A stretch of DNA of 64,000 bases from Candidatus Latescibacterota bacterium (GTDB lineage: Bacteria; Latescibacterota; UBA2968; UBA8231). The DNA is taken from positions 4,704,001 through 4,768,000 of the forward strand of contig OY730476.1 in the NCBI GenBank assembly GCA_963422735.1, written 5' to 3'. Below the pieces are notes generated by a model. The model saw nothing but the letters and a program-made list of their open reading frames with translations, made no database searches and had not been told where the DNA came from. The position numbers and the translations under genes were made by a program. Of this stretch, positions 10,385-19,775 are shown in pieces (position 1 is the first letter of the stretch; each line of letters opens with the position of its first letter).

Positions 10385-10606
10385 ATGAATGAGTTTATCC
10401 GTATAGCTCCAGAAATTTGTTCGGGGAAGCCTACAATTCGCGGTACGCGGATCATGGTAAAAAATATCTTGGGAATGGTAGCTGGTGGATACGCGGTTGA
10501 CCAGATTGTCGAAGCTTATCCCGAACTGACTCAGGAGATGGTACAAGCCGCTTTGCAATATGCGGCGGCAGTTATAGATGAAGAGCAAGTGATCGCACGT
10601 GCATGA
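10385..10606 (+). CDS. DUF433 family antitoxin
   Basis: PEICSGKPTIRGTRI.V..IL...G...QI...YPELT..V.AAL.YAA. Confidence 0.9.
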   Translation: MNEFIRIAPEICSGKPTIRGTRIMVKNILGMVAGGYAVDQIVEAYPELTQEMVQAALQYAAAVIDEEQVIARA

Positions 10607-10951
10607 GTCGCAGTTGGCGATCTTACTCGATCAGAATGTGCCACTAGTCACAGCGGTTTGGTTGCGGGATCAGCGTCCTCATTGGAAGATTCAACATGTC
10701 AATGAACTAGGCTTTCGCGGTCGTCCCTGGGCGCAGGAGCGTGGAGCTATCATCGTTACGTACGATGAGGATTTTGCTGATGCCCGTATGTATCCGCCCA
10801 TCGAGGCATTGTCCGGCTGCGCGTCTGGCCAACGACAATAGAGCAAACACAGGATGCCCTTTCGCGCCTGCTAGCTGATCTGCCGGCATCTGATTGGAGC
10901 AATAACCTGCTCATCATCGACAATCAGAAAATCAGAGTGCGGAAATTGTAA
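10599..10951 (+). pseudogene. DUF5615 PIN-like toxin, frameshifted
   Basis: LLDQNVP...HVNELG...AIIVTYDEDF, continuing in another frame as HRGIVRLRVWPTTIEQ...LLIIDNQKIRVRKL*. Confidence 0.75.
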
Positions 10952-11026
10952 CTGGTTGTGGGGCTTTCGGCCGAGTAGCTCAGCCGCGGTTGGCGTAGTC
11001 GCAAAGACTATGCACGCTTCTTTTTC

Positions 11027-11578
11027 TTAGCCCCGTCGCCATTTGCTCAAGCTTCTCATATCCGGCACAATGGACTGCCCGCGCTCCAAGTCGAAGTCGA
11101 TCTCCACGGAGTGCGCTTGGTAATCTTGGTCACCACGCGTGGTCTGATATACGTCGTGCCCCTCGGCGCAAATGGGCATAGTGTGCCACACTCCCAGATG
11201 CAAGCAGACGCCCACATCGCCCGCCGAGTAAAAAGCGCGTAGCTCCTCGGCTTGGATGTCGGCTTGGATCGCTCCGACGATAAACACGCTCGGCGAGTGC
11301 AAGCTGGGGTAAAACGACTGGCCGGCGTCCGTGTGAAAGGCAAAATGGGCACGCTTCAGTCCCTCGGAGATGGGTACGCGCTGCGGATGGGGCGCGTACC
11401 AACTCGGGGGGTCTTTGGGCTGGGGACCGGGCGTGGCGAGGACTGGGTACGCGTTGGTCGCATAACCGCCTTTTACCTTGTCCGGCTTGCGCTCTTCAAA
11501 GGTGCGAATCACGTGGCCAAAAGGGGCAAACGCTTCGGGTTCGAGCGGTTCGACCGGGATTTTCACGAGGTTCCACAT
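11027..11578 (-). CDS. Ureidoglycolate lyase-like cupin protein
   Basis: VEPLEPEAFAPFGHVI; H..AGQSFYP; GVCLHLGVWHTMP. Confidence 0.7.
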   Translation of the reverse strand: MWNLVKIPVEPLEPEAFAPFGHVIRTFEERKPDKVKGGYATNAYPVLATPGPQPKDPPSWYAPHPQRVPISEGLKRAHFAFHTDAGQSFYPSLHSPSVFIVGAIQADIQAEELRAFYSAGDVGVCLHLGVWHTMPICAEGHDVYQTTRGDQDYQAHSVEIDFDLERGQSIVPDMRSLSKWRRG

Positions 11579-11602
11579 GGCAATCTCCTCTCGTTAGCGC
11601 GA

Positions 11603-12847
11603 TTAGCCGATGCCTAGAGCGGCGTCTATCTCCGCTTGATAGGCGTACGATTGGCAGGATTCGACCGCGCTGAGCGACACCGGGCCACCGGCGCGCCATG
11701 ACTCAAACACCGCGTAGAGCGCGGCCACATCCTTCAGCCCGCAGCGGCCATCCACTTCAACTGTGCGCTGGCCGCGAATGGCCTCCGCCATTTCGTGCAG
11801 TTCGTATGCGATCAGCTTCAGGTCAACGAGCGGATCGCCGGCCGAAACCCCGCTCGGAAAGAAGTGGCGAGTCAGCGGGTCGAACGCTAAGCCCGCACCC
11901 TCGGCAGACGCGAGGATGGCCTCTTGGCTCAGGGGCTCAGCGTCGCGCCGCGCAAGCGTTATGCGCCCCCCGCGCACGCCAAAGCCGTCAATGCTGCCGT
12001 TGGTGCCCATGATCAACTCGCGGTGTGCGCCCGCGTGGCCGGCGATCCCGACGAGCCAGTTTAGGGTCGCGCCGCTTTCCATCTTGAAGATCGCTTGGGT
12101 CGCGTCCTCGGCCGCAGCGGGTATGCGCTCTGGCATGGCCGCGAAGCGCTTTTTGTAGAACTCGTAGTCCATTGACATGGTTGCCGATTTTTGCCGCTCC
12201 GGCTCCACCATCCGCGCATCGGCATAGACTTCGGCAAAATCCCCCAATTGGTAACGGATCATGTGGGTGAAGTGTACGGCCATATCGAGGATAAAGCCGC
12301 CCAATTCCCGGCGGTGCCGCCAAGGGGTGATAAAAATGGAATTGCTTGGGCCCAGCGAGTGGTACAACCCCATATAGGGGGTGCCGATGGCACCGGTGTC
12401 GATCAGGTGGCGCACGATGCGGGCCGAAGGGTCGCGGCGAAAATTTTCGGCCACGGAGACAATGCGCTCGTTGCGTGCGGCTGCGTCGAGGATCCTCTCG
12501 CAGGCTTGCACCGTGATGGCCAGCGGCTTTTCCACCAGCACGTGCAATCCTAAGTCGAGGGCCTCGCAGACGACGGTGTGATGCACCGAAGGATCGGTCA
12601 CCACATCCACGGCTTCGAGGTCTGGCACCTGCTGTACCATCGCCTCCATATTGGTGCAGACCTTGGGGCGGACCCCAAGGAGCTTCTCGGCTTCGGCGGC
12701 GGCCATCTCGGCGTTTTCCGCGCTGATGTCGCAGACCGCGCTCAGCTCGATTGAGTCGAAGGGGGAGTCGGCTAGCTGCTTGAGGCCGTGTAGATGGCGG
12801 GTGCCCATGCCGCCGCAGCCGACGAGGGCTAGGCGCACCTTGTCCAC
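11603..12847 (-). CDS. Gfo/Idh/MocA family oxidoreductase
   Basis: LVGCGGMG, HVLVEKPLA, GGFILDMAVH. Confidence 0.9.
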   Translation of the reverse strand: MDKVRLALVGCGGMGTRHLHGLKQLADSPFDSIELSAVCDISAENAEMAAAEAEKLLGVRPKVCTNMEAMVQQVPDLEAVDVVTDPSVHHTVVCEALDLGLHVLVEKPLAITVQACERILDAAARNERIVSVAENFRRDPSARIVRHLIDTGAIGTPYMGLYHSLGPSNSIFITPWRHRRELGGFILDMAVHFTHMIRYQLGDFAEVYADARMVEPERQKSATMSMDYEFYKKRFAAMPERIPAAAEDATQAIFKMESGATLNWLVGIAGHAGAHRELIMGTNGSIDGFGVRGGRITLARRDAEPLSQEAILASAEGAGLAFDPLTRHFFPSGVSAGDPLVDLKLIAYELHEMAEAIRGQRTVEVDGRCGLKDVAALYAVFESWRAGGPVSLSAVESCQSYAYQAEIDAALGIG

Positions 12848-12850
12848 CCG

Positions 12851-13369
12851 CTACTCCTGCCAGTTAGAGACGTGGCTCATGTCGGGCAGCAGAGCCAAGC
12901 CGCGGTCTTGGTCGAAGTGAACATCGACCGAGTGGTGGTGATAACTCTGGTTGCCACGCGCGGTTAGGTACACCTCCTCACCACGCAGGCACACGGGCAT
13001 GGTGTGCCACACCTTTAGGTTCATGCAGATGCCGGTGCTGCCGTCGGAGTAAAAAGCGAGCAGATCCTCCGGCCCGATCATTGGCTGAACCGGGGCCACG
13101 AAAAAGACGGTCGGGCAGTGCCGACTCGGATAGAAGGACTGCCCGGCATCGTCGTGAAAGGCAAAGTGCGCCCGCAGCCGACCCTCGGACAGGTTGAGCT
13201 GGTCGGATGCGGGGTCTTTGACCTCGGCCCGCACGGTATATGCGCGCTCGATCAGCTCTCCTACCACGACCTCGGGTTTGGCCTCGTCAAAGGTGGAGAT
13301 GACTTGCCCGAAAGGGGCAAAGGCCGGGGAAGTCAGCGGCTCCACGGGAACCTTGAGAATTTTTAGCAC
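12851..13369 (-). CDS. Ureidoglycolate lyase-like cupin protein (paralog of 11027-11578)
   Basis: VEPLTSPAFAPFGQVI; AHFAFHDDAGQSFYPS; VWHTMP. Confidence 0.7.
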   Translation of the reverse strand: MLKILKVPVEPLTSPAFAPFGQVISTFDEAKPEVVVGELIERAYTVRAEVKDPASDQLNLSEGRLRAHFAFHDDAGQSFYPSRHCPTVFFVAPVQPMIGPEDLLAFYSDGSTGICMNLKVWHTMPVCLRGEEVYLTARGNQSYHHHSVDVHFDQDRGLALLPDMSHVSNWQE

Positions 13370-13385
13370 GGCAACGCTCCTTTTG

Positions 13386-14897
13386 TCAGAAGGCCAGCAG
13401 CATCGGCCCCATTCGCTCTAGCAAGAGGGCCCGATAGCGCTCGGCCTTGGCCAATTGCAGCCGTTCGAGCGGGTTGAAGTCGTCGGTGATGAGCTCGCCC
13501 TCGGTGGGCATGGGATATTCGCGTGCCGCGAGCCACGCCTCGCCGCCGGCTTCAGCCGCAAGAGAAATTGGCCGTCGCGCAGCCAAGAAGACAAAGTCGT
13601 TAAACGCTGCGCCTGGTATCGCGACGAGGGTCAGCCGATGCGGGAAGATTTCGCCCAAGGTCCGGTACACGGCCGCAGCGGCAGCGGCTTCTGGTCCTTC
13701 GGTAAAGCCGACGAAGTTTAGGGCCAAGAGGCCGTCGTCTTTGAGGAGCCGATCGAGGTCGCGGAGCATTTCGACGCTCAGCAGGTGGCTGGGCACAAAT
13801 CCACCGGTAAAGCAGTCGTGGACGATGAAGTCGTATTGCTTGTCGAGGTGGCGAATTTCGTAGCGGGCGTCGCCGACCCGCAGGGTACCTGCTGGCTCGT
13901 AGAGAAAGTATTGCTGCGCGGCTTTGGCCACTTCTGGGTCCAGCTCTAGGGCGTCGGTGGCAATGCCTTGGGCTGCAAACGCCATGGCAATGTAGCCTCC
14001 GCCGAGGCCGATCAGCAGCGCGTTGCGTCCCTCTGGGTGCAAGTGGGGCAGGGCGGCAATGATTTTTTGGTAGCTGAGCACCGGCTCGCGGGTGTCGAGC
14101 CGCAGTGCGCTGATGACCGAGGCGTCCGACAGCATCCACCGCACCCGGCGGGCGCGATCATCGACGACCCGCACCCAGCCGTAGTGGCTTTCGGCTTGGT
14201 GAACTAGGCGATAATCTCCGTATCCAGTCGGCCCTAGGTCGGTCTGTAGCCAGAGTCCCGCGCCGGTCGCAACCGCCGCGGCCGCGACGGGTCCCCACCG
14301 CCGCTCGTACCATGCCACGACGAGTGCCAACAGGATCAAGGCCGCGCTGACTCCGTAGAGAATCACCCGCGACCCAAGGGCCGGCAATAGGAAAAAGCCC
14401 AACAGCAAGGTGCCCACCACGCTGCCGACCGTGCTGACCGCAAAGACCGAACCGGCTGCCATGCCCGCGCCTGTCCGCCGCCGCGCCGCCATCTCGATCA
14501 CCTGCGGCCCCACCATGCCGAGGCAGGTCAGCGGCAGGGCAAAAAGCAGCAGGGCACTGGTAAAGGCCCCGGCGCGCAGCCCCAGATCGTTGGTCCACAG
14601 CAAGATCGGGCGGCTGACGAGCGGAATCGCGGCCGTCGTCAACCCGGCGAGTGCTATGGAGTAGGAAAGCCGAAAGCGCGTCTGCTTGTCAGCGACCAAG
14701 CCTCCGAGGTAATAGCCCACTGCCAAGGCGATCAAAGCGACGGATATGAGCGAAGACCACACGTAGAGACTGACCCCGTAAAAAGGGCCGATGATGCGCG
14801 TACCCAACAGCTCTAGCATCATTACCGCGGCCCCGGAGATGGTTACGGTGCCGTAAAGCAGCAGCCGATCTAGGCGAGTTGTGCGTTCTTCAGTCAT
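13386..14897 (-). CDS. Fused MFS-like/spermidine synthase family protein
   Basis: SGAAVMMLELLGTR..PFYG.S..VW; LLIGLGGG; LELDPEV; GDAR; YDFIVHDCF; ITDDFNP. Confidence 0.85.
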   Translation of the reverse strand: MTEERTTRLDRLLLYGTVTISGAAVMMLELLGTRIIGPFYGVSLYVWSSLISVALIALAVGYYLGGLVADKQTRFRLSYSIALAGLTTAAIPLVSRPILLWTNDLGLRAGAFTSALLLFALPLTCLGMVGPQVIEMAARRRTGAGMAAGSVFAVSTVGSVVGTLLLGFFLLPALGSRVILYGVSAALILLALVVAWYERRWGPVAAAAVATGAGLWLQTDLGPTGYGDYRLVHQAESHYGWVRVVDDRARRVRWMLSDASVISALRLDTREPVLSYQKIIAALPHLHPEGRNALLIGLGGGYIAMAFAAQGIATDALELDPEVAKAAQQYFLYEPAGTLRVGDARYEIRHLDKQYDFIVHDCFTGGFVPSHLLSVEMLRDLDRLLKDDGLLALNFVGFTEGPEAAAAAAVYRTLGEIFPHRLTLVAIPGAAFNDFVFLAARRPISLAAEAGGEAWLAAREYPMPTEGELITDDFNPLERLQLAKAERYRALLLERMGPMLLAF

Positions 14898-16248
14898 GCT
14901 CGCTGTTTTCTTTGGCTGCCTGCGCGAGTTGTTCGTAGCGCTGCATCGCGGCGGCCGCCCGTGCGTCCAGCCCTCGGCTCTTGTAGAGGCGCGCTAGGTG
15001 GAAGTGGGCGTCGGCGTAGTCTGGCGCTAGCCGGAGTGCTTTGGCGAGGGCTTGGCTTGCCCGTTGCACATCGCCGCCTAGCATATAAGCCGCTCCGAGG
15101 TTGGTATAGCCCTTGGCGTAGCGCGGGTTGAGCGACAAGGCGATTTCGTAGTGTTCGATGGCCTCGGCGACGCGGCCCTGCCGCAACAATACGTTGGCGA
15201 GGTTGTTGCGCGCACTCAGGTCTTGGTCGTTGATGCGGAGTGCTGCCGCGTACTCGACGCCGGCCTCGGCGTAGCGACCCAAGCCCCCGTAGAGCACGCC
15301 GAGGTTGTAATGCGCGTTGGCGTCGTCGGGATAGAGGCTGAGGATATAGCGGAACCGCTCGATGTCGTCATACACGGGTTGGACGCGCTGGAAGGTGGCC
15401 AATAGCTTCTCGCCCCGCTCTGTGTCGCCTTGGCGTATCAAGAGGGTGCCGAGTCGGTGGTATGCCTCGGGATTAAAGGGGTCGAGGGCAATGGCGCGGG
15501 GAAAGAGCTGCTCGGCCTCGTCGGTGCGGTTCTGCTGTGCGCGCACTTGGCCAAGCCCGATGTAAGGTGCTGCGTCGTCCGGGCGCAGGCTCATGGCCCG
15601 CGCGAAGTTGGCGGCCGCTTGAGAGAGTTGGCCCTGCTTATGCTGGATTTGCCCCAGCCGGAGATAGGCGTCGCCGTACGCGGTGTCGATTTCTGTGGCG
15701 CGAGTAAACGCGCGGCTGGCCTCGCCGTATTGCGCTTGGCGCTCATAGACTACGCCGAGGTTGTAGTGGATGGCGGCATCGTCGCCCGATCGCCTGTGCG
15801 CTTGCTTGAGGACCGCGACTGCTTCGGCGTAGTGGCCGTCGTCCGCGTAGGCGATGGCCAGCTTGCGATAGAGATCGATGCGGTCGGGAGCGGTGTCGAG
15901 GCCCTCTTGGTAGGTAGTTGCCGCATCGGCGTTGCGCCGCTGTCGCACGTAAATGTCGCCCAAGAGGACGTAGGCGTCGGTGTGATCTGGAGCCAGCGCG
16001 ATAGCCTGTTCGGCTAGCTGGGCCGCCAGCCCCAAGCGACTTTGAATCAGGTCGAGGCGAGCCAGCAGCAGGCGGGCTTCGAGGTGCTGGCCGTCTGCTG
16101 AGAGTACCTGCTTGCAGGCAGCGACGGCTGCGTTATACTCGCCGACGGCTGTCAGGTGCTGCGCTTCGTCGAAACGGTCGTTTGGTTCACTTGGGTTGCC
16201 GCAGGCGGCAAGCAGCGCGGCGGCCCAAGCCTTAAACCTGAGAATCAT
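14890..16248 (-). CDS. Tetratricopeptide-repeat lipoprotein
   Basis: Lipobox LLAAC; about 10 TPR motifs (AHYNLGVLY, ARNNLANVL, GYTNLGAAY). Confidence 0.85.
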   Translation of the reverse strand: MILRFKAWAAALLAACGNPSEPNDRFDEAQHLTAVGEYNAAVAACKQVLSADGQHLEARLLLARLDLIQSRLGLAAQLAEQAIALAPDHTDAYVLLGDIYVRQRRNADAATTYQEGLDTAPDRIDLYRKLAIAYADDGHYAEAVAVLKQAHRRSGDDAAIHYNLGVVYERQAQYGEASRAFTRATEIDTAYGDAYLRLGQIQHKQGQLSQAAANFARAMSLRPDDAAPYIGLGQVRAQQNRTDEAEQLFPRAIALDPFNPEAYHRLGTLLIRQGDTERGEKLLATFQRVQPVYDDIERFRYILSLYPDDANAHYNLGVLYGGLGRYAEAGVEYAAALRINDQDLSARNNLANVLLRQGRVAEAIEHYEIALSLNPRYAKGYTNLGAAYMLGGDVQRASQALAKALRLAPDYADAHFHLARLYKSRGLDARAAAAMQRYEQLAQAAKENSEHD

Positions 16249-17902
16249 ACATGGCCGCGAGATGATCTCGGTAGATGGAGATGTACGCGGCGTGCTTTTC
16301 GCGCAAGCGGCCAATCAGCTCGCTGTAGAGGCGGTTTTCCTCCTCTTTGGTCCACCAGTAGCGCACCTGTTTTTCCACTTCTTCGTAGGGCTTTGGCGCG
16401 GCGGCGGTTTTATGCAGCACCTCGAACAGGGAGAAGCCGCCTTGGCGGTGATTGGTTGCCGTGATTTCGATGGGGCCGATCAGCACCCCTACTTCCGCTT
16501 CGAGAGCTGCGGTCAGCAGCTCGCCGAAAGCCACTCGCTCAAAGGAATGGATGTGGAAGGAATCGGTGGTGTGGCCTTGGCGAATGCTGTGCTGCGCCGC
16601 CAACTTGCCCATGTCGGTTCCGGCCCGGATCTGTGCGGCGAGGTCCTCGGCTTCTGCGCGCGTGGCCACGAGAATTTCTCGCACATCTAGGGTTTGGTCT
16701 TCCATAAAGCGGTGCGAATTGGCCTCGTAGTAGCGCCTGAGCGCGTCTTCGCTCAGATCAATGTGCGCTTCCACGCGACGGGTGCGCAGCTCATCGACGA
16801 GCATGGCGCGCTTTTTGCGCTCCAGCCAATCGACGATCTGCGGCTCCTGCGCCAGCCCATGGCGCTCTATTTCCAACGGAAAGAGCACTTCGGGCACGAG
16901 GTAAAGCCGGACGAATTCGTCTAGGCCGCTGCTGTCAGCGCGTACGCGAGCGACTCGGCTCACCTTTGGATAGAGCGCATTGAAGTCGGCTTGCGTGATT
17001 TGGCCGCCGTCGTAGCGACCGAGAACACCGGTAGGGTTCATATCGGCTACCACGCCGGCCGCGACTTGTGCGGCGAGATCGACCACGGCGCGGGCGTCTA
17101 GTTCGACTCCGTATGCCTGCATCAATTCGGCGACCAGTGCTCGGCGGCGCTTGCCGTGGGCGGCCAGCAGTGCGCCTTGGGAAAAGACGAGGTAATAGCT
17201 AGCTGGTGCCGGGCGTTCGTCCAAAACCTTGTACAGGTCGTAGTAATCGCCGACTGCGAGCGGTGCGCTGACCTCGCCTTTGGCCAAGTCAAAGATGATC
17301 TCGGCTACCTCTATGGGGACCCCTAAGTCGTCTAGATTACCGCGCCCGAAGTAGGACTCCAACACGCCTTGGTGCTGCCCATCTTGGCGGTGCGTCAGGT
17401 GCGGACCGGACAACTCCGCAAAGGGAGTGCCGTCCTCTAGCTGGCGCAACACTTGCTCAGCTTGGTCGGCCATAGCCGAGCGGATGCGCGCCAATTTCAG
17501 GAGCCGACTCCACTTACTCTCGCTCCACTGCCGCTTTATTTCTTCCTGCGACAGGTCGATTTTGTCTTGGATTTCTAGCTTGATGAATTCTTCAAAGAGC
17601 TTCTTTTTGCGCGTCTGTGCCCATTTTTCGGCAAAGCTCGTGTCGGCGGCGAGCGGCTGGGCCTCCAACAGCAGGAGCTCCATGTCGATCATGGCTTGGA
17701 GGTATTCGTTGAGCGCATCGACGCCCTCCTTTTCGGAGAGCAAGAGGGCGGGCATGGTGCCCTTAAAGCGCAGTACGTCCTCAAAGGTGATATCGACTTC
17801 ACCGACGCGGCCGACGACGCTTTTGTCAACTGGGGGGGAACTACAAGCGGCGATGAGCGACAAGCAGCCGACTGCGCGTATTACCTTAGCTTGTATCTGC
17901 AC
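16232..17902 (-). CDS. SurA/PrsA-like peptidyl-prolyl isomerase lipoprotein (locus A)
   Basis: Lipobox LIAAC; VGRVGEVDIT, GTPFAELS, VREILVAT..EA.....I..G.DM..LA..HS, KPYEEVEKQV. Start uncertain (17902 or 17941). Confidence 0.75.
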   Translation of the reverse strand: MQIQAKVIRAVGCLSLIAACSSPPVDKSVVGRVGEVDITFEDVLRFKGTMPALLLSEKEGVDALNEYLQAMIDMELLLLEAQPLAADTSFAEKWAQTRKKKLFEEFIKLEIQDKIDLSQEEIKRQWSESKWSRLLKLARIRSAMADQAEQVLRQLEDGTPFAELSGPHLTHRQDGQHQGVLESYFGRGNLDDLGVPIEVAEIIFDLAKGEVSAPLAVGDYYDLYKVLDERPAPASYYLVFSQGALLAAHGKRRRALVAELMQAYGVELDARAVVDLAAQVAAGVVADMNPTGVLGRYDGGQITQADFNALYPKVSRVARVRADSSGLDEFVRLYLVPEVLFPLEIERHGLAQEPQIVDWLERKKRAMLVDELRTRRVEAHIDLSEDALRRYYEANSHRFMEDQTLDVREILVATRAEAEDLAAQIRAGTDMGKLAAQHSIRQGHTTDSFHIHSFERVAFGELLTAALEAEVGVLIGPIEITATNHRQGGFSLFEVLHKTAAAPKPYEEVEKQVRYWWTKEEENRLYSELIGRLREKHAAYISIYRDHLAAMYDSQV

Positions 17903-18641
17903 GCCGAGTCCGGGCGTAGTACACTTCGCGCTGAAAATCATAGGGAATATCTACGGCCTCCACAGGCGCATCGCGGAAGTCGAACCTCAGCACCATATCG
18001 CGGATCCACAGCGTGAATTCCTCGACATCGCGGTCGAGCGGGGGAAAGACCAAATACCCCTCTTGCTCTTGGCCGCTGAAGATCATGTCGTCGGCAAACA
18101 GGGTGCGCTGCAAAAGATCGCGCCGCGCCTTGAACCCCTTGCGCGCATTGCCGCCGTAGGCTTGGGCATAGGGCCAATAGTACTCGGTCAGGGCGAGGAG
18201 ACTAAGCGCCTTGTAGCGACGCCCGTTGGGGGCGATCAATTCGATGTTGGCTGGATTTAGGCGGACCTTGGGATAGGCGTAGTTTTTGACCTTGACCAAA
18301 AACACGGTAAACCGCGTCGGTGCCTCCTCTTCGCCAGGCGGCGTCCAATCGCCATAGGTGTAGGGATTGGTAGCCACAGCGTAGGGGTTGGGCAGAATAA
18401 AGCCCTCAGGAGCCTCTGAGACGCCGGCGAATTGCCGATTTAGGGCCTCGGGCGACATGGGCAATATCGCTACCTCTAGACGATCTTTGACGAAAGTGAT
18501 GCTGCGGTCATCGCCGACTAAGTAGTTGTCGGCCGTGATTTCTGCGGGTACCACCGGGCCGGTAAAATGCCGATGCCCGAACTTCAAGCCGCATCCGGCG
18601 AGTGCGATTAGCAATAGGAGCAAGCTACCTAATGTCTTCAT
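17886..18641 (-). CDS. Conserved uncharacterised lipoprotein (locus A)
   Basis: Lipobox LAGC; clear paralog of 47263-48027 (NPYTYGDW, VKNYxYPKV, FSGQExEGY). Confidence 0.8.
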   Translation of the reverse strand: MKTLGSLLLLLIALAGCGLKFGHRHFTGPVVPAEITADNYLVGDDRSITFVKDRLEVAILPMSPEALNRQFAGVSEAPEGFILPNPYAVATNPYTYGDWTPPGEEEAPTRFTVFLVKVKNYAYPKVRLNPANIELIAPNGRRYKALSLLALTEYYWPYAQAYGGNARKGFKARRDLLQRTLFADDMIFSGQEQEGYLVFPPLDRDVEEFTLWIRDMVLRFDFRDAPVEAVDIPYDFQREVYYARTRRADTS

Positions 18642-18674
18642 GGATACCCCCCCTTCTCTGAAAGCTGCTAATAC

Positions 18675-18708
18675 AAGATGAGGAGGGGCGACTGCCCCTC
18701 CTCATCTT
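18675..18708 (-). terminator. Intergenic hairpin after the CBM9-like gene
   Basis: AAGATGAGGAGGGGC-GACT-GCCCCTCCTCATCTT, 15-bp perfect stem. Confidence 0.7.
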
Positions 18709-18739
18709 TGCTAGACGGCTAATGCAATGCAGCCTTTGC

Positions 18740-19666
18740 TTAGTCGAGCTGGTTGTTCAAATGGCTCTTGACTCGACCCCAACTTGTGGCTTCGACGGCC
18801 GTTTCTTCCTCGATCTCGTCGGCCTCCAGCAAGATGTAGTCGAGCATCTGGTCGCCCTTCTGGTCTTGACCCGTAGAGCCGCCCAGCGGATAGAGCTGGT
18901 GCTTGGCACCGGTCTCGCCGCCGTCGCCGTCGAGCGGGCGCACGCCGATGTGGGTCACTTGATCCGCGGCGAATATATGCCGAATCGCCTCGTCTTGGGT
19001 CACGCCGTGGATGTCCCAAAGGGCGTTGCGGAACTCAAAGGTGTAGGAGACATTGGTCGAGAAATGCTCGGCATCCGGCGGATTGACGGTCCAAGCGATC
19101 TCAAAGATGTCGCCAGTAGGCTCGCCCTCAAACATATCCGAACTCCAGCCAATCGGCGGCAGGTCGATGTATTCGAGCAGGCTGTTGTACGCCACGGGCT
19201 GGCCCGGCAGCGGCTTGATGCGCAGGTGATAGCGCTGCGCGTTGAGGACCTGATCGACGTTTTCGCCCAAGAAGTCGCCGCCCGAATGGTCTGGGTCGAA
19301 GGTGATCTGGATGCAGTCGTCGTTCCACCATCTCTTCTGATCTTCTTCGATCAGACGCAGGGTATCGTCTTGGACGCGGATGAAGAAGTAGAAGCGGTTG
19401 TCCGGCGGCTCGCTCCACGCCATTAGAATGCTGACGTCGTAGTCTTCCTTGGCGATGGTCTCGCCCCCGGCGGTGAACATGCCCTCGGTCGTGAGGATGA
19501 ACTCCTCGTCTAGCCAGTCCCAATCGTCTTCGAGGCCGTCGATGGTCATGGCACTGGGGTTGGGTACGCCTGGAATGAAATACTCAGCACCGACGTGGGC
19601 GCTGGCCGGGCTGGCTAGGGCGAACCCTGCGGCGCAAGCGACAAAAAGAAAAAGGAGCTTTTTCAT
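18740..19666 (-). CDS. Secreted CBM9/DOMON-like putative sugar-binding protein with C-terminal SWGxVK tail (locus A)
   Basis: Signal peptide; IDGLEDDW, AWS...RFYFFIRVQDD, DDCIQITFDPD; ends AVEATSWGRVKSHLNNQLD. Confidence 0.7.
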   Translation of the reverse strand: MKKLLFLFVACAAGFALASPASAHVGAEYFIPGVPNPSAMTIDGLEDDWDWLDEEFILTTEGMFTAGGETIAKEDYDVSILMAWSEPPDNRFYFFIRVQDDTLRLIEEDQKRWWNDDCIQITFDPDHSGGDFLGENVDQVLNAQRYHLRIKPLPGQPVAYNSLLEYIDLPPIGWSSDMFEGEPTGDIFEIAWTVNPPDAEHFSTNVSYTFEFRNALWDIHGVTQDEAIRHIFAADQVTHIGVRPLDGDGGETGAKHQLYPLGGSTGQDQKGDQMLDYILLEADEIEEETAVEATSWGRVKSHLNNQLD

Positions 19667-19775
19667 GCTTTCCCTCCGTGGGATTAGTGGTATAGCTATC
19701 GACAATTCATCTTCTAAGAAGCACTATGTTACGTTTTTTAGGGGTGCTTAGCAAGTTCAATTTTCGCCGTTTCCG

